Shown: positions 7,181 through 17,482 of the stretch, in pieces | Numbering within the stretch: the first letter of the stretch is position 1 | How the letters are laid out: every line of letters begins with the position of its first letter | DNA from: a virus | Direction: 5' to 3' (one strand) | DNA: 64,000 nucleotides | Virus record (IMG/VR): IMGVR_UViG_3300022602_000067 | Coordinates: 1 to 64,000 of that record | Notes under the pieces: model-generated | Told to the model about the DNA's origin: nothing | The model's input: only the letters and a program-made list of their open reading frames with translations | The model's database searches: none | Translations under genes and position numbers: made by a program

Positions 7181-7431
7181 CTGTAGGCTAAAAGGAATAA
7201 GGTACGGTGTTTATCGTATTTGAAAGCCACTGATATGTCATAGACTTCAGTGGCAGTATTCCACGCCCATCTTTGATACTGGCTACCTATGCGTGTTAGT
7301 AACCAGTCTTCTACTAGTATTATGCCATCAATCCAATCCACTTGGCCTAGCTGTCCTGGCCAATGTATGTCTGCGGTATATTGAAAATCGTGCAGATCAG
7401 GAAAGTATTTCCATGCATATCCGTGTGGCAT
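7177..7431 (-). CDS. Hypothetical protein (84 aa, Trp-rich)
   Basis: TAAATA 5 nt before ATG. Confidence 0.65.
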   Translation of the reverse strand: MPHGYAWKYFPDLHDFQYTADIHWPGQLGQVDWIDGIILVEDWLLTRIGSQYQRWAWNTATEVYDISVAFKYDKHRTLFLLAYS

Positions 7432-7458
7432 ACAAATATTTAATGTATTGCTGAATTT

Positions 7459-8769
7459 TTATGGGTTAAAGTACTGATTTGCGCCCGTGTAGACAAACAC
7501 GTGATATGTTGTGCCGCTTGATTGCACTATGGTTCCGCCCGTGCCTCTTGGTGTGCCGGGATAACTGATTATCACTATACCAGGACTGGCGTTGTTGGAG
7601 TTTTGTGTTCCTCCGAATCCTGGATAGTTAGTGCCGGTCCATATGCCCGAGTAAATTGTGCTAAATCCCGCCGTAACCGCAGTGGTATTGGGCACGTTAC
7701 TGGTTCCGTTGTTGGCAAACGTTACTGGGTTGATAACTAGTGTAGGATGATACCAACAACTTCCACCGCCTCCACCACCCATGTCTGGATAAGCTGAATT
7801 GTATCCTCCGGCACTACCGCCCCACCATCCTCCGCCGCCTGCACCGCCATAAGCGTTGGTAGTAGGATTTCCGCCCTGTAATGCGCCTTGGTAAGCAGTG
7901 GTGTTTGCGCCGTCACTAGATGCTGTAGCACCCGCGGCTGACTGAGTTCCAGCCTTGCCCGCATAACTGCTGTTATAATAATCTTGTCCCTGAGCGCCAT
8001 TAGGGTAACCGCCGCTACCGCCAAGGTCCGTATTGGTGCCTGCACTATTACTACTTCCACCGCCTCCACCACCCGCGGCCACTAGTAGCGCACTTGATTG
8101 TAAAGGAATGTTATAAGCGGCACCAGGTGGCGATATTGTAAAGGTCATGTTGGCTATGGTGCCTGATTGCCCGCCAGTGATTGCCGTGCCACCAGGAGTG
8201 CTTGATGATAATATAAACGTTGTTCCTGTAAAACTACTTAGGTAATATGCGCTGGGAGTGATGCTTGGTAAGTTCAAAACCGCAGTGCCTGTGTTGGCGT
8301 TTTGTGTAACAGTGACTATACAAGTGGCCGTAAAGTTTACAGCACTAGTACAGGTAAATGCTCCGGTGCTGGCGTTGTAGGACACCACGGATGTTATTAC
8401 TTGTACGTTGTTCGGAGTGCCAAGAAAAATACCGCTTAATCCGCCACTACCACCGCCATATCTATTATCACTAGCGTTGATACTGGCCACGCTACCGCCA
8501 AAGTACGTGCCCAAATTACTACCGTTGTTATATTGGTTTGTTGTGCCCGCACCGCCCACAGCCACTATCAAAGGCACGCCGTTACGCACTTGTAGTGAAC
8601 CGTATTGAACTCCGCCTCCACCACCGTTACTGGCATATCCCCAGCCACCGTTTGTGCCAGCCGCTCCGCCACCGCCCCATAAGTAGGCAGATATTTGATA
8701 TCCTGAATTTGTATAGCCATTGCCAAATGCGCTGGCATTTGCTGAGCCCATTGTTGCTATTGTTGGCAT
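7459..8769 (-). CDS. Glycine-rich virion/fibre-associated protein
   Basis: LWGGGGAAG, GGGGGG runs, C-terminal GIVIISYPG..GG....YHVF. Confidence 0.7.
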   Translation of the reverse strand: MPTIATMGSANASAFGNGYTNSGYQISAYLWGGGGAAGTNGGWGYASNGGGGGVQYGSLQVRNGVPLIVAVGGAGTTNQYNNGSNLGTYFGGSVASINASDNRYGGGSGGLSGIFLGTPNNVQVITSVVSYNASTGAFTCTSAVNFTATCIVTVTQNANTGTAVLNLPSITPSAYYLSSFTGTTFILSSSTPGGTAITGGQSGTIANMTFTISPPGAAYNIPLQSSALLVAAGGGGGGSSNSAGTNTDLGGSGGYPNGAQGQDYYNSSYAGKAGTQSAAGATASSDGANTTAYQGALQGGNPTTNAYGGAGGGGWWGGSAGGYNSAYPDMGGGGGGSCWYHPTLVINPVTFANNGTSNVPNTTAVTAGFSTIYSGIWTGTNYPGFGGTQNSNNASPGIVIISYPGTPRGTGGTIVQSSGTTYHVFVYTGANQYFNP

Positions 8770-8771
8770 AA

Positions 8772-10679
8772 TTAGAATTTACTCAATGAAGCTAGTACTG
8801 TAAAGGCGTTGTTGGCTGTTTTAATAATGGTATAGTTATACACATCTATTCCGCTTGCGTTACCCGCTACTGGAGCAGTTCCGCCTTGCCAATATACAGT
8901 AGGTGAAATACTAGTGTCAATATAGATAGCAGTATTATAATAAGCTGTAGCACCTTGTGTTATTAACATGGCCAAGGTTACACTTTGCCCCACGGTCAAC
9001 ACACTATTCAATGTAGTTGATAGACTGAATGATATGTTTACATTCCAGTTACCGCTGACCGCAGTATTCCAGTATTTGACTGATCCTGTTGATAGGAATG
9101 CATTTGCAGTATTGCTATTTGTATTATCGGCTTGGAAACCAATTTGTACTACTTCACCAATGTTGGTGAATATACTACTTAGGCCAGAACCGCCGCTGAA
9201 TGTCTGAGTTCCAGTAAAGGTGTTGGCCACTGTGGTAACAGGAATGTTTGCACCTGCTAGTGTACTTGCACCAGTTCCGCCATATGCGGGTTGAACTATG
9301 CTACCTTGCCATACTCCGGTACCAATTGTACCAACTGAAGTCAAACTACTGTTGACTACTGTAGATCCTAGTGTAGTTGCTGTTAGTACGCTGGTGCTGT
9401 TAATTTCATAGGCCTTGCCCGTAGCAATGTTGAAATTTTCACTTGAATTCCAAGCAGAGTTTGCTGTTAACCATTCTAAGGTTTTAGTGGTTGTTCCATT
9501 TACCTGTATGCCTGAAGCATTAGCCTGTGCGTCTGTTGTTGCACCGCTGGCAATTACAAGAACTTTTTCTGCTGTATTAACTGTGGTGCTATTCACTGTA
9601 GTTGTTGTTCCGTTCACAGTTAAATTACCCGTGATGATAGCATTTCCGCTGACTGTTAAGTTACCATTAGCGGTTGTAGTTACATTACTAGCGCCAAAAC
9701 TTGTTAAAGATGCCATCGTTGTTAGCACAGCGGCAGCGGTTACTATACCTTGGCTATTTACAGTAATTCCATTATAGGTTCCTGATGTAACACCGCTTGC
9801 AGGAAAAGGTGTATAGGTTATTTCCTTTGTGGTTGTATTATAGTATAAAATATTTGTAGTGCTAGTGTTGTCCGATCGTATAGGATTAACATAAAAACTA
9901 TTAGTTTGATTTGTTACTCCTGAAAGACTCGTACTCGAGGCATTTAATATAATAGTGCTGGCGGGTTGGTTACTATATCCAGCATTATATCCAATGGCGA
10001 TGCTATATATACCTTGATAATAGATACCTGCGGAATCGCCTATTGCGACAGAATTATTACCTTGTGTTAGATATCCAGCATTATATCCAATTGCCACGGA
10101 ACTAGTACCTTGAATCTCTCCACCTGCTTGCTGACCAATACTAATGCTAGTTTGACCTTGTTGGAAACTGCCGGCACCGGTACCTATAGCGACACTATTT
10201 TGTCCTTGGCTGTTGACAGCGGCTGTCACACCTATAGCTATTGCATTAACACCTTGTGCTAAACTTCCTGCGCTGTTTCCAAGAGCTAAAGCACCACTAG
10301 ATTGATTACTGTATCCGGCCGTGTTTCCAATTGCAATGCCATTATCGCCTTGACTAGTATATCCTGCTAGACCGCCTATAGCCACTGCATAATTAGTTGA
10401 TTGACTTATATTTCCAGCATCTTTACCTATAGCGATTGATTGCGGACCATTGTCTCCCGCAGTATTTGGTACAGGCCAAACTAAACTTGAAACTGCCTGA
10501 CTTATAGCGTTAGTCGTCCAAGATTGATTAGCTAAAGGTATTCCTCCGGCAGTGGTTCCGTCTAGCAAACGTATCGTGCCATTGGTTTCATCGTAGACTA
10601 ATTCGCCCTTATTATAAGTTAAATGGCTTAAGGCACTATAGGGGTAATTTGTTAATCTGACTCTTGCTTGTGGTTGCAT
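8772..10679 (-). CDS. Tail fibre/adhesin with YadA-head-like repeats
   Basis: About 11 x 14-aa (S/N)(S/V)AIG..AG..Q repeats; GELVYD N-terminus; NLTVNGTTTTVNST motif. Confidence 0.75.
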   Translation of the reverse strand: MQPQARVRLTNYPYSALSHLTYNKGELVYDETNGTIRLLDGTTAGGIPLANQSWTTNAISQAVSSLVWPVPNTAGDNGPQSIAIGKDAGNISQSTNYAVAIGGLAGYTSQGDNGIAIGNTAGYSNQSSGALALGNSAGSLAQGVNAIAIGVTAAVNSQGQNSVAIGTGAGSFQQGQTSISIGQQAGGEIQGTSSVAIGYNAGYLTQGNNSVAIGDSAGIYYQGIYSIAIGYNAGYSNQPASTIILNASSTSLSGVTNQTNSFYVNPIRSDNTSTTNILYYNTTTKEITYTPFPASGVTSGTYNGITVNSQGIVTAAAVLTTMASLTSFGASNVTTTANGNLTVSGNAIITGNLTVNGTTTTVNSTTVNTAEKVLVIASGATTDAQANASGIQVNGTTTKTLEWLTANSAWNSSENFNIATGKAYEINSTSVLTATTLGSTVVNSSLTSVGTIGTGVWQGSIVQPAYGGTGASTLAGANIPVTTVANTFTGTQTFSGGSGLSSIFTNIGEVVQIGFQADNTNSNTANAFLSTGSVKYWNTAVSGNWNVNISFSLSTTLNSVLTVGQSVTLAMLITQGATAYYNTAIYIDTSISPTVYWQGGTAPVAGNASGIDVYNYTIIKTANNAFTVLASLSKF

Positions 10680-10705
10680 AGCGGCTCCTCGATACTATAT
10701 TTACC

Positions 10706-11392
10706 TTATGAAAGTGCTATGGCAAGGTATATGTTTGCTTTAGTTTGTGCAAGAGTAGCAGAGGCAGTTGGATCTGGTAGTAGTTGAATTCCGGTACTAG
10801 GAATAAAGGGAGGACTAATTATTAGACTAATTGGTTGGCTAAATGTTTTACCTTGGCTATCTGTAACAGTGATAGTTGTAGCATTGTATTCGTTTGCTAC
10901 TTGGGTAGGCGTACCAGTTAAGACTCCTGTTGTAGTATTAAAAGTTAAACCTGTATTCAATATGCCGGATAGTGCCCATGTAAAAGGTGCTGTGCCTCCA
11001 GTGACTAAAAATTGCACATTCAATAAGGTATTAACTGTAACACTTAGACTAGTTGGACTAATAGCGGTTATACTAGGATATGTGACTGCGGGAGGAATAG
11101 CACCCCAGGTGATAGTTATGTTATATTGACGTATTAAATCAGTGCTCGCTACTCCATCGTTTGGTAAACTAGTAATAGTATAGCCGTTTGAGGTTAATAA
11201 ACTGCTTACTTTATTGTAGTCATTTTTGCTAAAACTAAGCGTAAGACTAGTGGCACCAGCTGTACTAGCGGCTTGAATTTGATCAAAAACATACTGATAC
11301 TGAGCTATTAGTGCAGTTAGAGCATTCTGCGCCTGTGTTGCGGCATAAGTGGCATTGGCTTGGCTAGCCTGTGAGGCAGTAAATATCGTCAT
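10706..11392 (-). CDS. Putative Ig-like (He_PIG-type) domain virion protein
   Basis: VTGGTAPFTWALSG..GLTFNTTTGVLTGTPT...TITVTDS. Confidence 0.7.
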   Translation of the reverse strand: MTIFTASQASQANATYAATQAQNALTALIAQYQYVFDQIQAASTAGATSLTLSFSKNDYNKVSSLLTSNGYTITSLPNDGVASTDLIRQYNITITWGAIPPAVTYPSITAISPTSLSVTVNTLLNVQFLVTGGTAPFTWALSGILNTGLTFNTTTGVLTGTPTQVANEYNATTITVTDSQGKTFSQPISLIISPPFIPSTGIQLLPDPTASATLAQTKANIYLAIALS

Positions 11393-11414
11393 AACGTATT
11401 TACCGCTATTTTAT

Positions 11415-11858
11415 CTATTCTTTGAAGTAATATTCGTAGTTAATAGTGCTAGAGTTTTCTTTGCGAATCTTAGCACCATTTTTTAAGTGAAATCTTCGAG
11501 CCATCGGAGTCTGTGGACTTAGAGTAACAATACCACGTAAATCTTTGTATTCCGATTTCAACCATTCGGCAGCTTGTTGTAGTAGAGTTGCACCAGCACC
11601 TGGAGCATAACTCCAGATGGTATAGAATACAGCAACTTCCTTGTCTTTACTCATGCTAACAAGATCTTCTTCTGATTCTGGAACACCATTGAGCCATTGC
11701 ATACATGTAGCCGCTAGGATTTCTTCCCCTGCTTTAAGAATAAGAATTTCTGCCGCTTCGTTGATACGTTGTTCTAGTGGGATGTGAGGACGAACAGGGT
11801 CGTCCTTAATTATTCTGACTAAGGGATCAGTAATATCTCTAATGTGATGAAGTTCCAT
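11415..11858 (-). CDS. GNAT-fold-like hypothetical protein
   Basis: Start reassigned to MELHHIRD after a TAAGTA box; AVFYTIWSY..GAGATLL...MARRFHLKNG resembles GNAT motifs A/B. Confidence 0.55.
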   Translation of the reverse strand: MELHHIRDITDPLVRIIKDDPVRPHIPLEQRINEAAEILILKAGEEILAATCMQWLNGVPESEEDLVSMSKDKEVAVFYTIWSYAPGAGATLLQQAAEWLKSEYKDLRGIVTLSPQTPMARRFHLKNGAKIRKENSSTINYEYYFKE

Positions 11859-11946
11859 GTTCGCTACCTGGTTATTATATAGGTACTTATCTCTTTGGCT
11901 AAAATTCCATAGATTTAAGGGAGGTAGCCTGTCATCCCACTGAATC

Positions 11947-13374
11947 TCAAATGTCATCACCGGGCAGATTATTTAATAGTTCTCTTAGTTTACTACTTTC
12001 GACTTGTGCTTTAACTTTTGGTAAAGCAATTCCTTGATCTAACATTTCTCCGGTATTGGCATTCACAGTCTGCCGTTGTTTTATACTGTTTAATAATGTA
12101 CTACCTGCACTTTGACTGTTATTATTACCATAACTATCTTCTTCTTCGAGGTCAGTAATTCGTAGAGTATCAATGTCAAATCCTAGATCAATCTTCATAC
12201 CAACACCACTACTCGAACGTGTCTTCATCAGCTGAATTTGATAACGTCCACGCTCACGCATAGCACGACTAGTAAAGATACCAAACACATTATCTGCTGT
12301 CTGAATCTTAGATAATCCGCCTGAAATATGACTGTGGTCAAATTCAACTTCTTCTACAGCACCACGATTCAACTGCGCCGCTGTAACAAATACACATTGC
12401 TTTTCTACTGCTAAATTCCTTAGTTCTTCCGATACATATTTGTCTTTAACAAATAAGTTTTCAGCACTAATTTTCTTGCTAAGTGGCATCAGCAAGTCCA
12501 TATAGTCTACTAGCAATACGTCGACTTTATGACCCATCTTGACTTCGTATTCTTTTAGATATGCACGAATGTCGTTGGCAGTCTTACCACTGGGCATATA
12601 CTTGACCTGTAGATTTCCGCTCTTTTTACCTATTACCTTGACCTTCATTTCTACATCATCGATGCTCTTAAAAAGTTCTCTAGTCGGGATGCCGGTTGTC
12701 ATTGCGTCGATACGCATACAAACTAGTTCTTCACTAAGTTCTAGTGTAAGATACAATACATTAAGCCCAGCAAGAGCATAATTAACACCAAGATTAGCCA
12801 GAAAAAGACTCTTGCCAGCGCCTGACCCACCAGCCCAAATATTAAGCTCGCCACGATTGAAGCCTCCAAACAACTTGTCATCTATAGCTTTCCAGCCAGT
12901 ACTTATCTGTCCATTTTTATCCTTGATCCGCATTAACCTAGCTCGAGGATCTTCAAAATAATCAGTACCCATGTCCTTCTGTAGACCAATCTGTACTGCT
13001 CGTTTGATCTTTTCTTCTACTGGACCATACTCGCCTTTTTCTAACAAGTCTGCTGATTCTAAGATTGCTCTCTCAAGGCCTTTATGCCGAATAAAAGTTT
13101 CAAATTCGTCTAGTAGCCAATCGTAATCATTTTCTTTAACACCATCTAACTGTTTGAAATTGGCATCCGTTGCCGCATTTATAATATCTAAAGGTGGCAT
13201 TGTATTATATTCTTCCACATACTTCACTAGGAATTCTGCAGGAGTCTGTAGCTTACGATCAAAAAGTGTCGGGTCAAAAATACTCTGACACCGAACAAAA
13301 CTTTCGGCATCGCTTATCATCATTTCGATGTATAACTTTTGTATGTCGTATCCGTAATTTGTATTTTGATTCAT
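11947..13374 (-). CDS. gp41: Replicative DnaB-like helicase (T4 gp41-like)
   Basis: STGWKAID, GGSGAGKS, LTLELSE, VDYMDL, AAQLNR, MKTR. Confidence 0.92.
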   Translation of the reverse strand: MNQNTNYGYDIQKLYIEMMISDAESFVRCQSIFDPTLFDRKLQTPAEFLVKYVEEYNTMPPLDIINAATDANFKQLDGVKENDYDWLLDEFETFIRHKGLERAILESADLLEKGEYGPVEEKIKRAVQIGLQKDMGTDYFEDPRARLMRIKDKNGQISTGWKAIDDKLFGGFNRGELNIWAGGSGAGKSLFLANLGVNYALAGLNVLYLTLELSEELVCMRIDAMTTGIPTRELFKSIDDVEMKVKVIGKKSGNLQVKYMPSGKTANDIRAYLKEYEVKMGHKVDVLLVDYMDLLMPLSKKISAENLFVKDKYVSEELRNLAVEKQCVFVTAAQLNRGAVEEVEFDHSHISGGLSKIQTADNVFGIFTSRAMRERGRYQIQLMKTRSSSGVGMKIDLGFDIDTLRITDLEEEDSYGNNNSQSAGSTLLNSIKQRQTVNANTGEMLDQGIALPKVKAQVESSKLRELLNNLPGDDI

Positions 13375-13389
13375 TGTTTATTATAACAT

Positions 13390-14859
13390 TTAATTAAAAA
13401 CTTTAACACCATAATGGCGTTCAAAGTTTCTGGCATCAGTGTGGTCATTTACCATGGGCTGACCTTTAATGTTTAGACTGGTGTTGAGTAACATAGGACA
13501 TCCAGTGCGAGCATACCACAATTCTAACAGTTGTCTAAATGGACTGCCGTCGTTGGGAACAGTTTGTACTCTACTAGTGCCATCGCGATGTACGATAGCG
13601 GGATAAAGCTCAGGATTCCTACAATGAGCGATAACTTGCATAAAACGACTATTGTCCCAGCCACGAGGCATGCTAAAATAATCATGCACAAGCTCTTCCA
13701 ATATAGCTGGCGCGAATGGTCTAAATTCTTGTCTTTGTTTAATTGCATTTACTTGGTCCTTTATATCATATCCCCGGGGATCTGCTAATAAACTTCTGTT
13801 ACCCAATGCACGTGGACCAAATTCTGCTCTACCACGGGCGAGTCCACAAATTTTATGTTCTTCTAAGTAATCTACAATATCTTCATTTGGCGAATGGTAG
13901 CCCATATTGTATCCTAGAAAATTATTTGACCAATCTGTATATTCTCTCCAATGAGGGTTATGTGCTAATACTGCTCCGATTGCGCTACCAGCATCTCCCG
14001 GGTTAGGATAGATCCATGTATTGTCAAAAAATTTGCCAGTGTGTCTATTAGCTAGACAATTTAGTGCGCATCCACCCATTAAAACTAAATTTTTGCTATT
14101 AACTAATCGCTTGGCTTTTACTAGTATACTTTGAAAATAATCTTCGTATATTTCCTGTGTAGCAGCCGCTATTTCAAAACTGTCTTTGACTGTTAGATCT
14201 AGCCTCCAATCTTGGACACCTCTATGACAGCTACGTATGAATTTTAAGTTGTCATAGTTGTCAATAAAATCATGACTCATGTCAAAATTTAATTTTTTAC
14301 TATCCCCATATGCGGCCATGCCCATAAGGATATATTCATCTTCGTTAGGTTTTAATCCCACCCGTTGAGTCATTGCGCTATAAAATAGTCCAATGCTATG
14401 TGGGTAACGCAAACTCCATTTTTTCTTAAGTTTGTCGCCTCTAGCTTCCCATATTGTGGCAGTATCCCATTCTCCAATAGCATCTATCACAACTACACAT
14501 GCTTCATCAAACCCACTGGTATAGTAACCGCCTGCCGCATGACTAAGATGATGATCAGTGTATACAACAGGAGCATGAATTTCATAACGTGCCATATAAA
14601 TGTCGATATCATTGTCACGTCTTTTCCATCCCTGTCCTGCATAAAACTGTCTTAAGGTCTTAAGAAAAGGACGCTCATACCAATAGACTCGATCAGGATT
14701 GCCAAATTGTTTAGCGGCATGAACCAAATTCTTACAAAGATCTCTGTCGTTTTTTAAGCCGCTGTATCGTTCGCTGTGGCTAGCAAAAACTAGTTTTTCG
14801 TCCGCAAATACAGCAATTGCCGCATCGTGGCTGTTGCCAGATATGCCCCAACTAATCAT
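13390..14859 (-). CDS. Carbamoyltransferase (NodU/CmcH/TobZ family)
   Basis: SHDAA, HHLSHAA, DAIGE, MGMAAYG, GGCALNC, PGDAG, EFGPRALGNRS, RPFAP, LLNTSLN. Confidence 0.95.
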   Translation of the reverse strand: MISWGISGNSHDAAIAVFADEKLVFASHSERYSGLKNDRDLCKNLVHAAKQFGNPDRVYWYERPFLKTLRQFYAGQGWKRRDNDIDIYMARYEIHAPVVYTDHHLSHAAGGYYTSGFDEACVVVIDAIGEWDTATIWEARGDKLKKKWSLRYPHSIGLFYSAMTQRVGLKPNEDEYILMGMAAYGDSKKLNFDMSHDFIDNYDNLKFIRSCHRGVQDWRLDLTVKDSFEIAAATQEIYEDYFQSILVKAKRLVNSKNLVLMGGCALNCLANRHTGKFFDNTWIYPNPGDAGSAIGAVLAHNPHWREYTDWSNNFLGYNMGYHSPNEDIVDYLEEHKICGLARGRAEFGPRALGNRSLLADPRGYDIKDQVNAIKQRQEFRPFAPAILEELVHDYFSMPRGWDNSRFMQVIAHCRNPELYPAIVHRDGTSRVQTVPNDGSPFRQLLELWYARTGCPMLLNTSLNIKGQPMVNDHTDARNFERHYGVKVFN

Positions 14860-14972
14860 TTGTAAATAAAAGGATCACGTTTCCGTAATTCTTCCAAACG
14901 ACGTTTGAATGCACGATGCTCCTTGTACTTGCGTAAAGGATATAAAATAAAGTTGATTATTCTTTGAACCAT
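14856..14972 (-). CDS. 38-aa basic small protein coupled to the carbamoyltransferase
   Basis: Not in the ORF track; MVQRIINFILYPLRKYKEHRAFKRRLEELRKRDPFIYK; ATGA overlap with the carbamoyltransferase start. Confidence 0.65.
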   Translation of the reverse strand: MVQRIINFILYPLRKYKEHRAFKRRLEELRKRDPFIYK

Positions 14973-15949
14973 TTTTTTGCTCTCAGTTGTATTTTTAGAT
15001 TATTCGATTCTTTGGCGCTGACAATTAACCACATAGTAGCCAGTTTACCTAGTTTAATTACTGCATCATTAATATCTTTAACATCATCCGGCCAGTCTGG
15101 CATACTAACAGACCAACCATATTCAAGGGCTTGCTCAACGGTGCGTGGACCTTCGTGATCCCTATCGGGAACCAAAACAATTTCTTTACCTAACTGTTTC
15201 AGTAAGTAATTTTGACTATCCTTTATCTCAGCACCAAGAAGAGCACAGCCGTCAATACTTAGCGCATCAAACGGTCCTTCGCTTACAATCACGAATTCTC
15301 TATCGTCCTGCTGATGATCAAGGTTAAACACGTAACCTGGTTGTTGTTCCGACAAGTATTTAGGTTTAGCATCGTTAATCGCTCTAGCAGTCCATCCTAC
15401 AATATCACCTTTATATAAAAATGGAATAATAACCCTATTACTAAATCCTATCTTGCTAGTATAGTAGAACGGATAGTCAAATAAATCTATTTTTCTTTTC
15501 GCTAGATAATCTACTACCCCAATAAATCCGTCTGGTATTTTATAATCCTGATCTGTAAGCTGTAGAAATGTCTTCCACTCGTCGAAACTACGTGACTCCA
15601 TCGGCAATACACGATTGTCGAATTTAGGAATAATACTGCGTATTTCTGTTGTATTATTTTGATCTAGTTTTAATGCTTCAAGTCTTAATTGATTAATGAC
15701 ATCATCGGGAATTGATAAATCCCGCATGAATTTATTCATATTTTTACTAATATGCCTGCCCGGTTGCCAACTACATTTGAAACCGCAATTGAAACAGTGA
15801 TAACTAACAGCATCGCCGGCATTGACTATGAATCCTCCGCGTTGCCGTTTGTCATCGCAACACACCGCGTTGAAACTAATCCATCCACTAGGAGTTGTTT
15901 TACGCTTTCCGGGCAAATAAGTTAAGAGTGTGTCCGCTATTAGGCTCAT
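14957..15949 (-). CDS. gp61: DNA primase (gp61/DnaG-like TOPRIM)
   Basis: Zn ribbon CC..HCFNC, RVIIPF, PKYL, EGPFD, PDRD, KDIND. Confidence 0.9.
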   Translation of the reverse strand: MSLIADTLLTYLPGKRKTTPSGWISFNAVCCDDKRQRGGFIVNAGDAVSYHCFNCGFKCSWQPGRHISKNMNKFMRDLSIPDDVINQLRLEALKLDQNNTTEIRSIIPKFDNRVLPMESRSFDEWKTFLQLTDQDYKIPDGFIGVVDYLAKRKIDLFDYPFYYTSKIGFSNRVIIPFLYKGDIVGWTARAINDAKPKYLSEQQPGYVFNLDHQQDDREFVIVSEGPFDALSIDGCALLGAEIKDSQNYLLKQLGKEIVLVPDRDHEGPRTVEQALEYGWSVSMPDWPDDVKDINDAVIKLGKLATMWLIVSAKESNNLKIQLRAKKWFKE

Positions 15950-15954
15950 ACCTT

Positions 15955-15983
15955 AGTATAACAGATAGATATGATTAGATCAA
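15955..15983 (-). promoter_or_regulatory. sigma70-type promoter for primase
   Basis: TTGATC-17-TATACT ending 5 nt before ATG. Confidence 0.6.
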
Positions 15984-17083
15984 GAAATAACGGTAACGCT
16001 GTTCACCGAACCAAAATATAGTAAAGGATTTTGTTGACTACCATATTGCCAAACATCAGGATATAACCAACTAATTCTCATGTAATTGTAGTTCTTTCCT
16101 GTGACAGAATTAAGAACTGGAACGTTATTAAATGAGATAGTTGTAGTAGTTGGAGTAGAGCAGGTAAAACTTTGTAATTGCGGGGCATTTAAGAATGAGC
16201 TTACTGCAATGGTCATATCTTCGGTCGCTTCTACGTAGACGGTACCAATAAAATTAGTCATCTTGACTTCAAAATTCATAAATTCCGTTGCATTAGCTTC
16301 GTAATATTTACATGGTATTGCAGGACTGTGATTAATAACATTTCCCATGTAGTTTATCTCGCCAACAAATTCATCGTAGATAATATCGTCCCTAAATTTA
16401 GGCAAAGCATTACCAATAATTTCCATTGTGCCCGGCCCTGTAAAAGATGCATCTATGTAGAGTAGAATTTGATTTCCTAGTTGATCCAATGCAGTTACAC
16501 TATATTTCAAATATTGTTTATCTAAATCATTGATATCTTCTTGTGGAATAATAATGCTGGCCAAACCTTTTAAGATACAAGAAATAGATAGGTTAGAAGC
16601 ACCTGCAACTGTTTGTTTAGGGAAAGTTACTGATATAGTGGTTGTGGCGCTATCTACATCAACTGAAACTCCTGACACTAGAACAGGTCCGACAATACTT
16701 GTTCCTGTAATTACACAGCTAGTTAAAAAATTTCCCGAAATATTAGCTGTTGGTATTGTGATGGTAGTAGTTGTTGCTTGCCCTGAAGTAGCTACAACTG
16801 TGGCATTTGTAGCAGTAGCTGAATTCAAAGGTGTTGGATAATAAGGACTAGATGGTAACGCATTTCCGCTCATATCCATTACATTAACTTCTATATCTGA
16901 AAGTGTAGATAAGTCTATACGTTTCTGATCGGAATTTTGTATGTCAAACTCGATGACGTTATCTATTCCTTGATAAATTTTTACAGTTCTTGTATACGGC
17001 ACCTTATTCTCCACAGTGAATCCTGCCAAATCGGCTAATAGAATGATTCTATTAGGATATAAATAACTTTGAACTTTTTGCAT
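15980..17083 (-). CDS. Hypothetical protein, probably structural (beta-rich)
   Basis: Long ORF; late TAAATA box at 17103-17108; ATG 17083 preferred over TTG 17089. Confidence 0.7.
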   Translation of the reverse strand: MQKVQSYLYPNRIILLADLAGFTVENKVPYTRTVKIYQGIDNVIEFDIQNSDQKRIDLSTLSDIEVNVMDMSGNALPSSPYYPTPLNSATATNATVVATSGQATTTTITIPTANISGNFLTSCVITGTSIVGPVLVSGVSVDVDSATTTISVTFPKQTVAGASNLSISCILKGLASIIIPQEDINDLDKQYLKYSVTALDQLGNQILLYIDASFTGPGTMEIIGNALPKFRDDIIYDEFVGEINYMGNVINHSPAIPCKYYEANATEFMNFEVKMTNFIGTVYVEATEDMTIAVSSFLNAPQLQSFTCSTPTTTTISFNNVPVLNSVTGKNYNYMRISWLYPDVWQYGSQQNPLLYFGSVNSVTVIS

Positions 17084-17107
17084 TGGCAAGGACCTTTAAT
17101 AGTATTT

Positions 17108-17482
17108 ATGGCAAAATTAAGAGATGATATAGAACAAAATTTACCCTTTATTAGCGTCCTTACCTACGGAGATAATGAATACGTAGGAATCATAATAAAT
17201 CAGGATCAATTTGTCACTAGTTTCTACGACTTAAATGCTATCAAAACTCAGGAAGAAAAGACAGCATTTTTAGAAATCGGAGAAACTTGGTGGTGGGAAA
17301 GCAATCGTCAGTTTCCTATCAATATTTTTTGTAGAGAGCAGATTCAACCATTTCATTATGCTATAAAAACTTTTAATAGCAAAGATACAAGAGTATTGTT
17401 AGGTCCTGTTGTAAATCTAATGAATCTCACATTAAAGCGTGTAAAGCGTAAAAGTGTACAGTTAGTCCGTAAGGTTCGCTAA
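17108..17482 (+). CDS. Hypothetical protein (opposite strand to its neighbours)
   Basis: MAKLRDDIEQNLPF...WWWESNR; fills the gap exactly. Confidence 0.75.
   Translation: MAKLRDDIEQNLPFISVLTYGDNEYVGIIINQDQFVTSFYDLNAIKTQEEKTAFLEIGETWWWESNRQFPINIFCREQIQPFHYAIKTFNSKDTRVLLGPVVNLMNLTLKRVKRKSVQLVRKVR

Noticed and set aside
11859-11960. ORF-track upstream extensions (also starts at 270, 17069, 25168, 29685, 47060)
   Set aside because: They run through promoters or neighbouring genes; downstream ATGs have better SD or promoter context
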